Shown here: piece after piece, positions 37,601 to 46,527 of the stretch
How positions within the stretch are numbered: the first letter of the stretch is position 1
Layout of the letters: every line of letters starts with the position of its first letter
Source of the DNA: Gemmatimonadota bacterium
GTDB taxonomy: Bacteria > Gemmatimonadota > Gemmatimonadetes > Gemmatimonadales > GWC2-71-9
Assembly (NCBI GenBank): GCA_039588295.1
Contig: JBDHAB010000008.1
Location: 24,289-88,288, forward strand
Direction of reading: 5' to 3'
DNA: 64,000 nt
Program-made: the position numbers and the translations under genes
The notes under the pieces: generated by a model
The model's input: only the letters and a program-made list of their open reading frames with translations
Databases searched by the model: none
What the model was told of the DNA's origin: nothing

Positions 37601-37655
37601 CGAGTCTGGGCGACAGGCTGGGTAGTGGTCCCGCCGCGAACCGCGGGCGTCGGTC

Positions 37656-38687
37656 GTGACTGACCGGCTCGTAGACCTCCGCAGCGACACCGTCACACGT
37701 CCGTCCGCGGGCATGCGACGTGCCATGGCCGAAGCGGAAGTGGGCGACGACATCTTGGACGGGGATCCGACGACCAGACGGTTAGAGGAACGGATCGCCG
37801 AGCTGGCCGGCTTCGACGCCGCGCTGTTCTTTCCGTCCGGCGTACAGGCCAATCAGGTTGCGGTGTGGCTGCACACCGAGCCTGGAACGGAGGTCATTGT
37901 CGAGGCGAACGCGCATCTCGTGCTCTACGAGATGGCGGGCATCGCCGGCCTTGCGGGTGCACAAATCCGTCCCGTGAGCGCTCCCGATGGCATACTGACG
38001 GCCGATCTCGCACGGGCTGCCTGGCGACCCACCTCGCCGCACGTTCCCAGGATCAGCTTGGTCGCGGCGGAGAATACCCACAACGCGGCGGGCGGGCGGG
38101 TGATGTCGACTGCGGTGTGGGACGATCTGGTGGCGCTCGCTCGTGAGCGGCACGTGGCGATCCATCTGGATGGCGCCCGGCTCTGGCACGCCGCCGCTGC
38201 GCAGAACGTGGCACTCGCACGACTCGCGGCGGGTGCCACGTCCGTCATGGTCTCGCTTTCGAAGGGCCTCGGCTGTCCGGTGGGAAGTTGCCTCGCGGGC
38301 AGCAGCGACCTGATCGAGCGGGCCCGTGAGGCGAGACGTCGGTTTGGGGGAGCGATGCGCCAGTCAGGAATCCTCGGGGCCGCCGGGCTGCATGCGCTCG
38401 AGCACAACTTGCAGCGGCTTTCGGACGATCACGCGCACGCGGCGCTCCTCGCCGAGCGTCTTGCGGATCATCCGGTGGTCCGACCCCTACCGCCAGAGAC
38501 AAATATCGTAATGCTGGATCTGGTCCGGTCGGGTGACACCGTGGAGCGCGTGCTGCCACTCTTGGCTGAGGCCGGTGTGCTGTTGGTACCGTTCGGCCCC
38601 ACGCGATTGCGGGCTGTGACCCACCTGGATGTGACGCGTGCGGACGTGCTGTGGGCGGCCGATGTCATCGCTCGGGGTCTGCAGTAG
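37656..38687 (+). CDS. ltaE: low-specificity L-threonine aldolase
   Basis: VDLRSDTVTRPS..MR.AM...VGDD, FFPSGVQANQ, HLDGARLW, and SLSKGLG, a PLP-Lys context. Confidence 0.88.
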   Translation: MTDRLVDLRSDTVTRPSAGMRRAMAEAEVGDDILDGDPTTRRLEERIAELAGFDAALFFPSGVQANQVAVWLHTEPGTEVIVEANAHLVLYEMAGIAGLAGAQIRPVSAPDGILTADLARAAWRPTSPHVPRISLVAAENTHNAAGGRVMSTAVWDDLVALARERHVAIHLDGARLWHAAAAQNVALARLAAGATSVMVSLSKGLGCPVGSCLAGSSDLIERAREARRRFGGAMRQSGILGAAGLHALEHNLQRLSDDHAHAALLAERLADHPVVRPLPPETNIVMLDLVRSGDTVERVLPLLAEAGVLLVPFGPTRLRAVTHLDVTRADVLWAADVIARGLQ

Positions 38688-38734
38688 GGTGTGGACCCTC
38701 CGAGCGAACGTGTCCGTGGAGAGATGAGGATGTC

Positions 38735-40081
38735 ATGCGCATCGTGGTAGTGGGTGCCGGCGAGGTGGGGTACCATGTCGCCGAGCGGCTCTCAAACCAA
38801 CAGCATGACGTGGTAGTGGTGGACGTCATGCCCAGCCGGCTGGAGTACGTATCCAACCATCTTGATGTCGCGGTGGTCGAAGGGAGTGGGACGAGCACCG
38901 CGGTACTCGAGCAGGCCGGTGTGCAGAAGGCCGCGCTCTTGCTCGCCGTCACCAACGTCGACGAGGTCAACCTCGTCTCCTGCATGAGCGCGCGTGGTGT
39001 GCGCGGGATGGTCAAGGTTGCACGCGTGTCCAATCCGGATTTCTACCGCGACACGCGCAACCTCAAACCGGATGCGTTCGGGGTGGACGTGCTCATCAAC
39101 CCGGAGCGGGAACTGTCGTTGGAGACCGTGCGGCTCCTGCAATCGACGGCGGCGACCGATATTGCGGTCTTTGCAGGCGGGGCCGTGCAGCTCCTGGGAT
39201 TCCACGTCCCCAAGGGCGCCCCGATTGCCGGGCAGCGTCTGGCCGAGCTTGCGGCCCAGGAGGGAGACAGGCCGATCCTGCTGGTGGCCCTGGAACGTGC
39301 GGGCGAGACGATCGTGCCAAACGGTGGCACGGAGATCCGAGTTGGAGATCGCCTCTATGTTGCTGCTAAGACCGAAGAGATTCCCCGCGCACTGGAGCTC
39401 CTGGGCTACGAGCGATCGAGTATGCGGCGGGTCATCATCACCGGAGGGACGGTCGAGGCGTACTACCTGGCGCAACTTCTGCAGGAACATCACGTCGAGA
39501 CGACACTCCTCATTGGTGATCGAGCCAGGGCGCAAGAGCTCGCCGCGCAGTTGAACCACGTTCTGGTGCTCCACGGCGATGCTACCGACGTCGAACTGTT
39601 GGAGCTGGAGGGCGTGGGCGGCGCCGACGGCTTCGTGGCGCTCACGGATCGGGACGAAACCAACATCCTCTCATCGTTGGTAGCCAAGCGTGCCGGCGCG
39701 AAGCAAGTAATCACGCTCGTCAACAAGCGGGATTTCATTCCCCTCGCGCGCCATATCGGACTCGACGCAGCCGTGAGTCCACGGCTCTCTGCCGCGAACG
39801 CGATTCTGCGATACGTGCGACGCGGGAGCGTGACCCGAGTCGCCACGTTCGAAGGAAGCGATGCGGAGGCCATCGCGTTCGAGGTGGCGTCGAACTCCCC
39901 GGTCGTGGGTCGACGCCTTGCCGACGTAGCTTTCCCCAGTGGGGCGATTGTCGCGTCCATCATCCGGGCGCAAGAGGTCATCGTACCGCGTGGCAACGAT
40001 GTCCTCGAGGTCGGGGACACGGCCATCGTGTTCGTGCTCGCCGACGCGGCTCAGAGCATCACCGAGCTGTTCCCCTCGTGA
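38735..40081 (+). CDS. trkA: Trk system potassium uptake protein TrkA (tandem RCK/NAD-binding domains)
   Basis: MRIVVVGAGEVGYHVA and a second ITGGTVEAYYLAQLL Rossmann start, with two TrkA-C-like segments. ATG at 38735. Confidence 0.92.
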   Translation: MRIVVVGAGEVGYHVAERLSNQQHDVVVVDVMPSRLEYVSNHLDVAVVEGSGTSTAVLEQAGVQKAALLLAVTNVDEVNLVSCMSARGVRGMVKVARVSNPDFYRDTRNLKPDAFGVDVLINPERELSLETVRLLQSTAATDIAVFAGGAVQLLGFHVPKGAPIAGQRLAELAAQEGDRPILLVALERAGETIVPNGGTEIRVGDRLYVAAKTEEIPRALELLGYERSSMRRVIITGGTVEAYYLAQLLQEHHVETTLLIGDRARAQELAAQLNHVLVLHGDATDVELLELEGVGGADGFVALTDRDETNILSSLVAKRAGAKQVITLVNKRDFIPLARHIGLDAAVSPRLSAANAILRYVRRGSVTRVATFEGSDAEAIAFEVASNSPVVGRRLADVAFPSGAIVASIIRAQEVIVPRGNDVLEVGDTAIVFVLADAAQSITELFPS

Positions 40082-41526
40082 ACCCTCGCGAGGTCTTCCA
40101 CCTGGTCGGAGCGCTGCTCGTATGGACGGCCGGGGCCATGCTGATTCCCGCTGTCGTGGCGTCTGACGAGGGTCTCCTGATGCCATGGCTCGCTTCCGCG
40201 CTCGTGACCGCGGTGGTCGGAGTCTTCCTGTGGGCGTTGCGTCCCGAGGAGGTCTCGATCAACCCGCGGGAAGGGATTGCCGTCGTCGGTCTCGGGTGGA
40301 TCGCCGTCGTGGTGGCCGGCAGCCTGCCGTTCATCTTCACCGGCACCGCGGAAACGGTCGCGGCGGCGTTCTTCGAATCGGTCTCGGGATTCACCACGAC
40401 CGGTGCCACCGTGTTTCCGGTCATCGAGGATCTCCCGCGCAGCATCCTGCTATGGCGCAGCATCACCCACTGGCTCGGCGGCATGGGCATCATCGTCTTG
40501 GGCGTGGCGATCCTTCCGCTGCTGGGCATGGGTGGCGCGCAGCTCTTTCGGGCCGAGGCGCCGGGGATTCCGAGCGATCGACTCACGCCGCGAATCGCGT
40601 CGACCGCCAGACTGCTGTGGGTCGTGTACGCGCTCCTGACGGTCGTGCTGGCGGTCGCCTATCTGTTCCTGGGCATGAGCCTGTTCGACGCCGTTAATCA
40701 CGCCATGAGTTGTCTGGCGACCGGCGGATTCTCTACTCGGACGGGCTCGCTCGGAGCCTATTCCGGTGGGGTCCAGTGGGTGACCGTCCTCTTCATGCTC
40801 ATTGCGGGCACGAACTTCACGCTCCACTATCGGCTGCTCAGCGGGAAGTGGACCGCGTGGGTGCAGGACGAGGAGTGGCGCTGGTACGTGGGCACGATGG
40901 CCGTTGCCTGGGTGGTGGCGTTTGTGGCCCTGGGAATGCGGAGCGGAACGTGGAATGGTGAGCTGGTGGGTCGCGCCGTGTTCAACGTGACCGCCGTGCA
41001 CAGCACGACTGGCTTCGCCACGGCCGATTTCGCGGCGTGGCCCGCCATCGTGCAAGTCGTCCTCCTTGGCCTCATGTTCATGGGCGCCATGGGCGGTTCC
41101 ACCGGAGGGGGATTCAAGACGGTGCGAGCCGGCGTCGTGCTCAAGCACGTGGCCGGCGAAATCCGGAAGGTGCTCCATCCCCAGGCGGTCGTGGTCACGA
41201 GGTTGGGCGGTCGTGCGATCCGGCCTGAAGTACTGCACAACGTGTTGGCCTTTCTGGCGCTGTACATGCTGACGCATGGCATTGGCACGGCGTTGATCGC
41301 CGCGATGGGGTATGATCTCGTGACCTCCCTGAGCGCGGCGCTGGCGGCGATGTCCTCCATCGGGCCTGGTCTTGGCGAGGTCGGTCCGGCCGCGCACTAC
41401 GGCCACATGGATCCGGCGGCGCACGTTGTGCTGGGGGCGCTGATGCTCTTGGGACGGCTCGAGTTCTACACCTTGCTCCTGCTGGTCATGCCCGGCACCT
41501 GGAAACGGGGCGGTGGGCATCGATAG
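40078..41526 (+). CDS. trkH: TrkH-family potassium transporter
   Basis: FESVSGFTTTGATV, WLGGMGIIVLGVAILP, ATGGFST, HSTTGFAT, MGAMGGSTGGGFK. The start overlaps the trkA stop (GTGA). Confidence 0.92.
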   Translation: MNPREVFHLVGALLVWTAGAMLIPAVVASDEGLLMPWLASALVTAVVGVFLWALRPEEVSINPREGIAVVGLGWIAVVVAGSLPFIFTGTAETVAAAFFESVSGFTTTGATVFPVIEDLPRSILLWRSITHWLGGMGIIVLGVAILPLLGMGGAQLFRAEAPGIPSDRLTPRIASTARLLWVVYALLTVVLAVAYLFLGMSLFDAVNHAMSCLATGGFSTRTGSLGAYSGGVQWVTVLFMLIAGTNFTLHYRLLSGKWTAWVQDEEWRWYVGTMAVAWVVAFVALGMRSGTWNGELVGRAVFNVTAVHSTTGFATADFAAWPAIVQVVLLGLMFMGAMGGSTGGGFKTVRAGVVLKHVAGEIRKVLHPQAVVVTRLGGRAIRPEVLHNVLAFLALYMLTHGIGTALIAAMGYDLVTSLSAALAAMSSIGPGLGEVGPAAHYGHMDPAAHVVLGALMLLGRLEFYTLLLLVMPGTWKRGGGHR

Positions 41527-41608
41527 TCGCCGAGGAGCGGAAATGACGTCGCGGGCTCCAGCGCAGTGGGGTGGCCGAATCGGGGGGCGCGCCGCTAGCT
41601 TTACCGTT

Positions 41609-41705
41609 GCCCCAGGTCCGGGGGGCGCGTGCGCGCGAACCGCGTCAGGACCGTGAAGGTAGCAGCGCTAAGCGATGTCACGTGTCGCTCCGGGGTGCCT
41701 GGGGC
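41609..41705 (+). ncRNA. ffs: signal recognition particle RNA, small (4.5S) type
   Basis: Closing helix gccccagg (41609-41616) / cctggggc (41698-41705). The domain IV core GUCAGGACC-GUGAA-GGUAGCAGC matches E. coli 4.5S GUCAGGUCC-GGAA-GGAAGCAGC. A T-run (cgcttttt) follows. It sits immediately upstream of dnaX, the classic ffs position. Ends are approximate. Confidence 0.75.
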
Positions 41706-41720
41706 GCTTTTTCCACCGCC

Positions 41721-43379
41721 ATGACCTATCTCGCTCTCGCCCGGAAGTACCGACCCACGAGTTTTTCTGACCTCGTCGCGCAATCCCACGTGGCAGCGGG
41801 ATTGCGCGGTGCGGTAGCCAAGCACCGTGTGGCGCACGCCTACTTGCTCACGGGACCGCGCGGGGTCGGGAAGACGAGTGCGGCCCGGATCCTGGCCATG
41901 GCGCTCAACTGTGAGCGGCGACCGGATGCTGATCGGGCGGGCGAACCGTGTGGCACGTGCGATTCGTGCCGGCGCATCTGGTCCGGGGCGGCGAACCTCG
42001 ACGTCGTCGAGATCGATGCTGCGAGTAATCGCGGTGTCGACGACGCGCGTGAGCTCCGTGAGCGCGCCACCTACGCCGCCAGCGGGGCCGAGCGGTACAA
42101 GGTCTACATCATCGACGAAGCACACATGTTGACGCGCGAAGCGTGGAACGCGCTCCTCAAGATCCTGGAAGAGCCACCGCCACGGGTGGTATTTGTGTTC
42201 GCGACGACCGAGCCGCAGAAGATCGCGAACACGGCCGCCCCGGTGATGAGCCGGTTACAGCGCTTTGACTTCCGACGGCTGGGTCCGCAGACCATCGTGG
42301 AGCGCCTTCGGTATGTGGCTGAGCGAGAGGGTATCGCCATCGAGGACGACGCGCTCCTGCTCGTGGCGCGCGGGGCGCACGGTGGCATGCGGGATGCGTT
42401 GTCGATCCTGGATCAAGCGTTGGCATTCGGCGAAGGAACCATCACGGCGTCCAGGGTGCGCGAGGCGTTGGGGCTCATCGATGACGAGTTGTACGCTGAG
42501 TTGCTCAGCCTCGTGGCGGAGCGGCGCACGGAGGGGGTGTTCCCGTTCGTGGCCCGGCTGATGGATGCCGGCGCCGACCTCGTTGAGTTCGTCGGCGGTG
42601 CCGGGGACACGCTTCGCGCCTTGCTCGTGCGGGTACTCGGCGGGCAACCCGAGGGTCTCACGGAGGCGCTGCGTGGTGCGATCGAGCAGTATGTGCCGCG
42701 GTACCGGGTTGGGGACCTCCTTCGCATGTTGCGACTCCTGGGGGAAGCGGAAACAGCGATCCGCCGCAGCCCGCACGCGCGGCTGCACGTCGAGATGCTG
42801 GTCCTGCAATGGACGCTGCTGGACCGCACCGTAGAGCTCGCGGAGGTGATGCAAGCACTGGGGTTGAGTACCAGCGCTGCGACCTCCGTGACGGCCGAGC
42901 AGGCGATCGAGCCGGCGAGGTCCGGGTCCGTCACGGAGCCGGCTCAGCGGAACCGCACGGCGGCGCCGCCACCGGCGAAACAGGGTCCGCTCACCCTCGA
43001 GGGTCTGCAACAGACCTGGGGCGACGTCGTCACCGCCGTGGGGCGGCGCCGGCGGATGGTGCGGGAATCGCTGCAGCACGCGACCCCTGCGTCGGTCGAT
43101 GGAGATCAGGTGGTGGTCACGGTCTCCGAATGGGACGCGCATCTCGAGGGGCTCGAACGCAGCCGCCCCGTCATCGTTGCGGCAATAGAGGCGGCGACGG
43201 GTCACCGGGTCCACCTCACGTTTCAATCAGCGTCCACCCCGCCAGATTCCCCTCGGAAGACTGAACATCGCCGATTGGACGAGGACACGGATCGCGACGA
43301 GCGCCTGCGCTTGTACCGGAGTAAAGATCCTGCACTCGATGCAGTGGCGGATGCGCTCGATCTCGAGCTTCTCGAATAG
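41721..43379 (+). CDS. dnaX: DNA polymerase III subunit gamma/tau
   Basis: LARKYRPTSFSDLV, HAYLLTGPRGVGKTS, zinc module CGTCDSC, VYIIDEAHML, FVFATTEP, and SRLQRF, a sensor motif. Confidence 0.93.
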   Translation: MTYLALARKYRPTSFSDLVAQSHVAAGLRGAVAKHRVAHAYLLTGPRGVGKTSAARILAMALNCERRPDADRAGEPCGTCDSCRRIWSGAANLDVVEIDAASNRGVDDARELRERATYAASGAERYKVYIIDEAHMLTREAWNALLKILEEPPPRVVFVFATTEPQKIANTAAPVMSRLQRFDFRRLGPQTIVERLRYVAEREGIAIEDDALLLVARGAHGGMRDALSILDQALAFGEGTITASRVREALGLIDDELYAELLSLVAERRTEGVFPFVARLMDAGADLVEFVGGAGDTLRALLVRVLGGQPEGLTEALRGAIEQYVPRYRVGDLLRMLRLLGEAETAIRRSPHARLHVEMLVLQWTLLDRTVELAEVMQALGLSTSAATSVTAEQAIEPARSGSVTEPAQRNRTAAPPPAKQGPLTLEGLQQTWGDVVTAVGRRRRMVRESLQHATPASVDGDQVVVTVSEWDAHLEGLERSRPVIVAAIEAATGHRVHLTFQSASTPPDSPRKTEHRRLDEDTDRDERLRLYRSKDPALDAVADALDLELLE

Positions 43380-43449
43380 CTTGCGGCGCTTTGGTGGCTA
43401 GCATAGCTTGCACGACGGACCGTAAACCCACTCATTCCACCAGTTAGGT

Positions 43450-43767
43450 ATGGCCGACTTCACACAGCTCTTTCAGCTGGGTCAGCAAGTACAGGGACGA
43501 CTGACCCAAATGCAGACGGAGCTCTCCGAACAGAGTGTCACCGGGTCAGCGGGCGGCGGTATGGTGAAGGTCACGGCGGACGGACGGGGTCAAATCCGCT
43601 CGCTGGTGATCGATGCCGCCGTCGTCCAGGACGGTGACGTCGAAATGCTGGAGGATCTCGTGCTCGCTGCCGTAACGGACGCGCAGCGCAAGGCGGAAGA
43701 CCTCTACCGGAGCGAGCTCAAGAAGATCACGGGCGGGTTGCCCCTGCCGTTTCAATTTCCCGTGTAG
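43450..43767 (+). CDS. ybaB: YbaB/EbfC-family nucleoid-associated protein
   Basis: 105 aa, QMQ..L......V.G.AGGGMVKVT..G......I....V..D.EMLEDLV..A, the typical YbaB pattern. dnaX-ybaB-recR synteny. Confidence 0.92.
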   Translation: MADFTQLFQLGQQVQGRLTQMQTELSEQSVTGSAGGGMVKVTADGRGQIRSLVIDAAVVQDGDVEMLEDLVLAAVTDAQRKAEDLYRSELKKITGGLPLPFQFPV

Positions 43768-43770
43768 GTC

Positions 43771-44370
43771 GTGTCGGCGATCGACGAGCTGATTGGCGAG
43801 TTGTCCAAGCTCCCCGGCATCGGGAGAAAGACCGCCACGCGTCTCACATACCACTTGTTGAAGCAGCCGACGGAATCGGTCCACCGGCTTGCCAATGCGC
43901 TAAGAGCGGTGATCGATCGCGTCGCGCCGTGTCGGGTCTGCGGCAACCTCGGTGAGAGCGATCCGTGCTCCATCTGCGGCGATCCCCGGAGGGATCGCAG
44001 CGTGCTGTGTGTGGTGGAAGAGGCCTCGGATATCGGTGCCATCGAGCGCACCGGTGAGTACCGCGGCCTGTATCATGTGCTCGGTGGCCACCTGTCCCCG
44101 CTCGACGGTGTGGGCCCGGACGATCTCCGGATCGAGGGCCTGCGGACGCGGCTGGCGAACGGGTCGCAGGTTCGCGAGGTGATTCTGGCCACCAACCCGT
44201 CCATGGAGGGTGAGGTCACCGCCACCTATGTGCGCGGTGTGATGGAAGGGCAGGGAGTCCGGGTGACGCGCATTGCCTTGGGGTTGCCGGTCGGTGGGGA
44301 TCTCGAATACGCCGACAGCGTGACGATTGCCCGGGCGCTCGCTGCCCGGCGGGAGTTTGGTGAGGGATGA
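43771..44370 (+). CDS. recR: recombination protein RecR
   Basis: LPGIGRKTATRL (HhH), CRVCGNL....CSIC (zinc finger), Toprim VVEEASD, VILATNPSMEGE. Confidence 0.93.
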   Translation: MSAIDELIGELSKLPGIGRKTATRLTYHLLKQPTESVHRLANALRAVIDRVAPCRVCGNLGESDPCSICGDPRRDRSVLCVVEEASDIGAIERTGEYRGLYHVLGGHLSPLDGVGPDDLRIEGLRTRLANGSQVREVILATNPSMEGEVTATYVRGVMEGQGVRVTRIALGLPVGGDLEYADSVTIARALAARREFGEG

Positions 44371-44636
44371 GCCCGCAGCTCAAGGCACTGCTGGTGGGAC
44401 TCGGAGCGGGCAGCATCGTTGGGGCGGTTTTCGCCCAGCACTCGATGGGGCGACACCGGAGTGATCTGTTCAGCGCTCGGCCCCTGCGCCGACTGTCGGC
44501 GCTGGGCTATCTGAAGGGCCGCCCGAGCGTGGAGGCGGTCCAATTGTTGCGTGACTACCTCGCGTGGGAGAAGCACCCCATGTTGCGACGGCGCGCGGAA
44601 CGCATCGTCCGCCGCATGGAGTCGAAACTTGGCTAA
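44367..44636 (+). CDS. hypothetical small protein with N-terminal TM helix (89 aa)
   Basis: ATGA overlap with the recR stop. LKALLVGLGAGSIVGAVFA helix, then a basic helical tail. GC3-rich codons. Confidence 0.5.
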   Translation: MSPQLKALLVGLGAGSIVGAVFAQHSMGRHRSDLFSARPLRRLSALGYLKGRPSVEAVQLLRDYLAWEKHPMLRRRAERIVRRMESKLG

Positions 44637-44648
44637 GTCGAGGAGTCG

Positions 44649-45149
44649 ATGACTGGTGCCGGTACGTGGTCACTCGATGAAGGTGACTACCAGCGCATCA
44701 CCGAGCACTTAACGGCGTTGCTTAAGGAATCGAACGCCCGGTGTGCGCTGGTGGTGGACCGGACAGGGCAACTCCTAGCCAGCAGCGGGGAGCAACTCTC
44801 GTTTGACCCGACGGCCTTCGCGTCGCTGACGGCTGCCGATTTCAGTGCGAACGACCAATTGGCTAAGATGATCGGCGAACCAGAGTTTGCCTCCCTGTTC
44901 CACCAGGGAGAGAAGGAGTCGATGTACCTCGCAGATGTCGCACACCGAGTGATCTTGGTGGTGCTGTTCGATCAACGCACGACGGTGGGCATGGTGCGAC
45001 TACGAGTGAAACGGACGGTGACCGACTTGGTCGAGGTGTTTGACGAGATGTTCCGTCGCGCCGCGTCGGCCGAACCGGGAGGCCCCGAGCGGCAAGCTGG
45101 ACTGCTCGAGGGAGCAGAGGACGAGATTGACAAACTCTTCGAGGATTAG
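44649..45149 (+). CDS. mglB: Roadblock/LC7-domain protein (MglB-like GTPase-activating partner)
   Basis: Roadblock-like pattern LLKESNARCALVVDRTGQLLASSG...ESMYLADV..RVILVVLF. Sits directly upstream of mglA as in the myxobacterial mglBA operon. Confidence 0.75.
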   Translation: MTGAGTWSLDEGDYQRITEHLTALLKESNARCALVVDRTGQLLASSGEQLSFDPTAFASLTAADFSANDQLAKMIGEPEFASLFHQGEKESMYLADVAHRVILVVLFDQRTTVGMVRLRVKRTVTDLVEVFDEMFRRAASAEPGGPERQAGLLEGAEDEIDKLFED

Positions 45150-45167
45150 AGGGGGGCGCGGTCGACT

Positions 45168-45842
45168 ATGTCGATGATCAACTACGCCTCCCGCGAGATC
45201 AATTGCAAGCTCGTGTATTATGGGCCGGGGCTGGGTGGGAAGACCACGAACCTCGAGCACGTGTACACGAAGGTAGCGCCCGACACACGAGGGAAGATGG
45301 TCTCGCTCGCGACCGAAACTGAACGGACGCTGTTCTTCGACTTTCTTCCAGTGGATCTCGGGACGATCCGCGGTTTCAAGACGCGATTCCATCTGTATAC
45401 CGTGCCAGGCCAGGTGTACTACAACGCGTCGCGTAAGCTGATCCTGAAGGGCGTCGACGGCGTGGTATTCGTTGCCGACAGTCAGGTCGAGCGCATGGAA
45501 GCGAACGTCGAGTCCATGCAGAACCTGTACGACAACATGGCAGAGTACGGATATGACGTGACCAAGATTCCGTTCGTGATCCAGTACAACAAGCGCGACT
45601 TGCCGAATGCGGCGCCGGTCAAGGACCTCCAGGCTCAGCTCAATCCAGGCTGGCCCGTGGAAGATCCGATGCGGCAGCAACCGGTTTCCGACCCGCGCCA
45701 TCTGGGCGAGATGCTGGTCGAACGGGTCGACGGCGCCTGGATCGAACGCGCGCCGTACTTTGAATCGGTCGCCATTACCGGGGACGGAGTGTTCGACACC
45801 TTGAAGGCCGTCGCGAAGCTGGTGCTCAGGTCCTTGAGCTGA
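45168..45842 (+). CDS. mglA: Ras-like small GTPase MglA (gliding/polarity GTPase family)
   Basis: Near-identical blocks to M. xanthus MglA as I recall it: [101 protein letters not shown]. Confidence 0.9.
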   Translation: MSMINYASREINCKLVYYGPGLGGKTTNLEHVYTKVAPDTRGKMVSLATETERTLFFDFLPVDLGTIRGFKTRFHLYTVPGQVYYNASRKLILKGVDGVVFVADSQVERMEANVESMQNLYDNMAEYGYDVTKIPFVIQYNKRDLPNAAPVKDLQAQLNPGWPVEDPMRQQPVSDPRHLGEMLVERVDGAWIERAPYFESVAITGDGVFDTLKAVAKLVLRSLS

Positions 45843-45858
45843 AAGGGGTCAAGCGGGA

Positions 45859-46527
45859 ATGACCTGGACGCTCCCCAACATCCTCACTGTCGCGCGAATC
45901 GCCCTCGCACCGGTCATTGCTCTCCTCCCGTTCATCCGGGGGTTCATCCCGAAGCTTATCGCGTTTGTGGTCTTCCTCGCGGCGGCCATCAGCGATATCT
46001 ACGACGGCCGCTTGGCGCGCGAGCGCGGCGAGATCACGGAGCTCGGGAAGATGCTGGATCCGCTCGCCGACAAGCTCCTGCTCGTCGCGACGCTGATCCC
46101 GATCTATTGGATCACCCGGTATCCGATGCAGCAGTACGAGATCCCGTGGTGGGGGAGTCTCCCGCTGTGGGTCGCCGTGCTCCTGATCGGCCGCGAAGTC
46201 GCGATGACAGTGTTCCGGCACGTCGCGAAACGCCGCGGAGTCGTGATCGCCGCCGCGGGACCCGGCAAGGCCAAGACCATCGTCCAAGATGTTTTCATCG
46301 GGGCTACCATCCTGTGGTTTGCCTGGAAGGACATGCGGGTCACGTTCGGTTGGGAGAGTGGCTGGCTGGGTGCGTTCTGGGAACAGTTTCACGGGGCGGT
46401 TGTCGCGATCACCTTGGCGGTGGCAGTCCTGCTAACGGCGTACTCCCTCGCTGTCTACATCTACCGGTATCGCCGACTGTTTCGCGGCCAGCCGGCTGCG
46501 CCGAGCGCTTCCGGCGATGGATCTTGA
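45859..46527 (+). CDS. pgsA: CDP-diacylglycerol--glycerol-3-phosphate 3-phosphatidyltransferase
   Basis: LPNILTVARI, CDP-alcohol phosphotransferase motif DGRLAR....T.LGK.LDPLADK, multiple TM helices. Confidence 0.88.
   Translation: MTWTLPNILTVARIALAPVIALLPFIRGFIPKLIAFVVFLAAAISDIYDGRLARERGEITELGKMLDPLADKLLLVATLIPIYWITRYPMQQYEIPWWGSLPLWVAVLLIGREVAMTVFRHVAKRRGVVIAAAGPGKAKTIVQDVFIGATILWFAWKDMRVTFGWESGWLGAFWEQFHGAVVAITLAVAVLLTAYSLAVYIYRYRRLFRGQPAAPSASGDGS

Noticed and set aside
41721-43379. Programmed -1 frameshift site in dnaX (gamma subunit production)
   Set aside because: There is no A-AAA-AAG-like slippery heptamer or any A-run of 6 or more in the gene.
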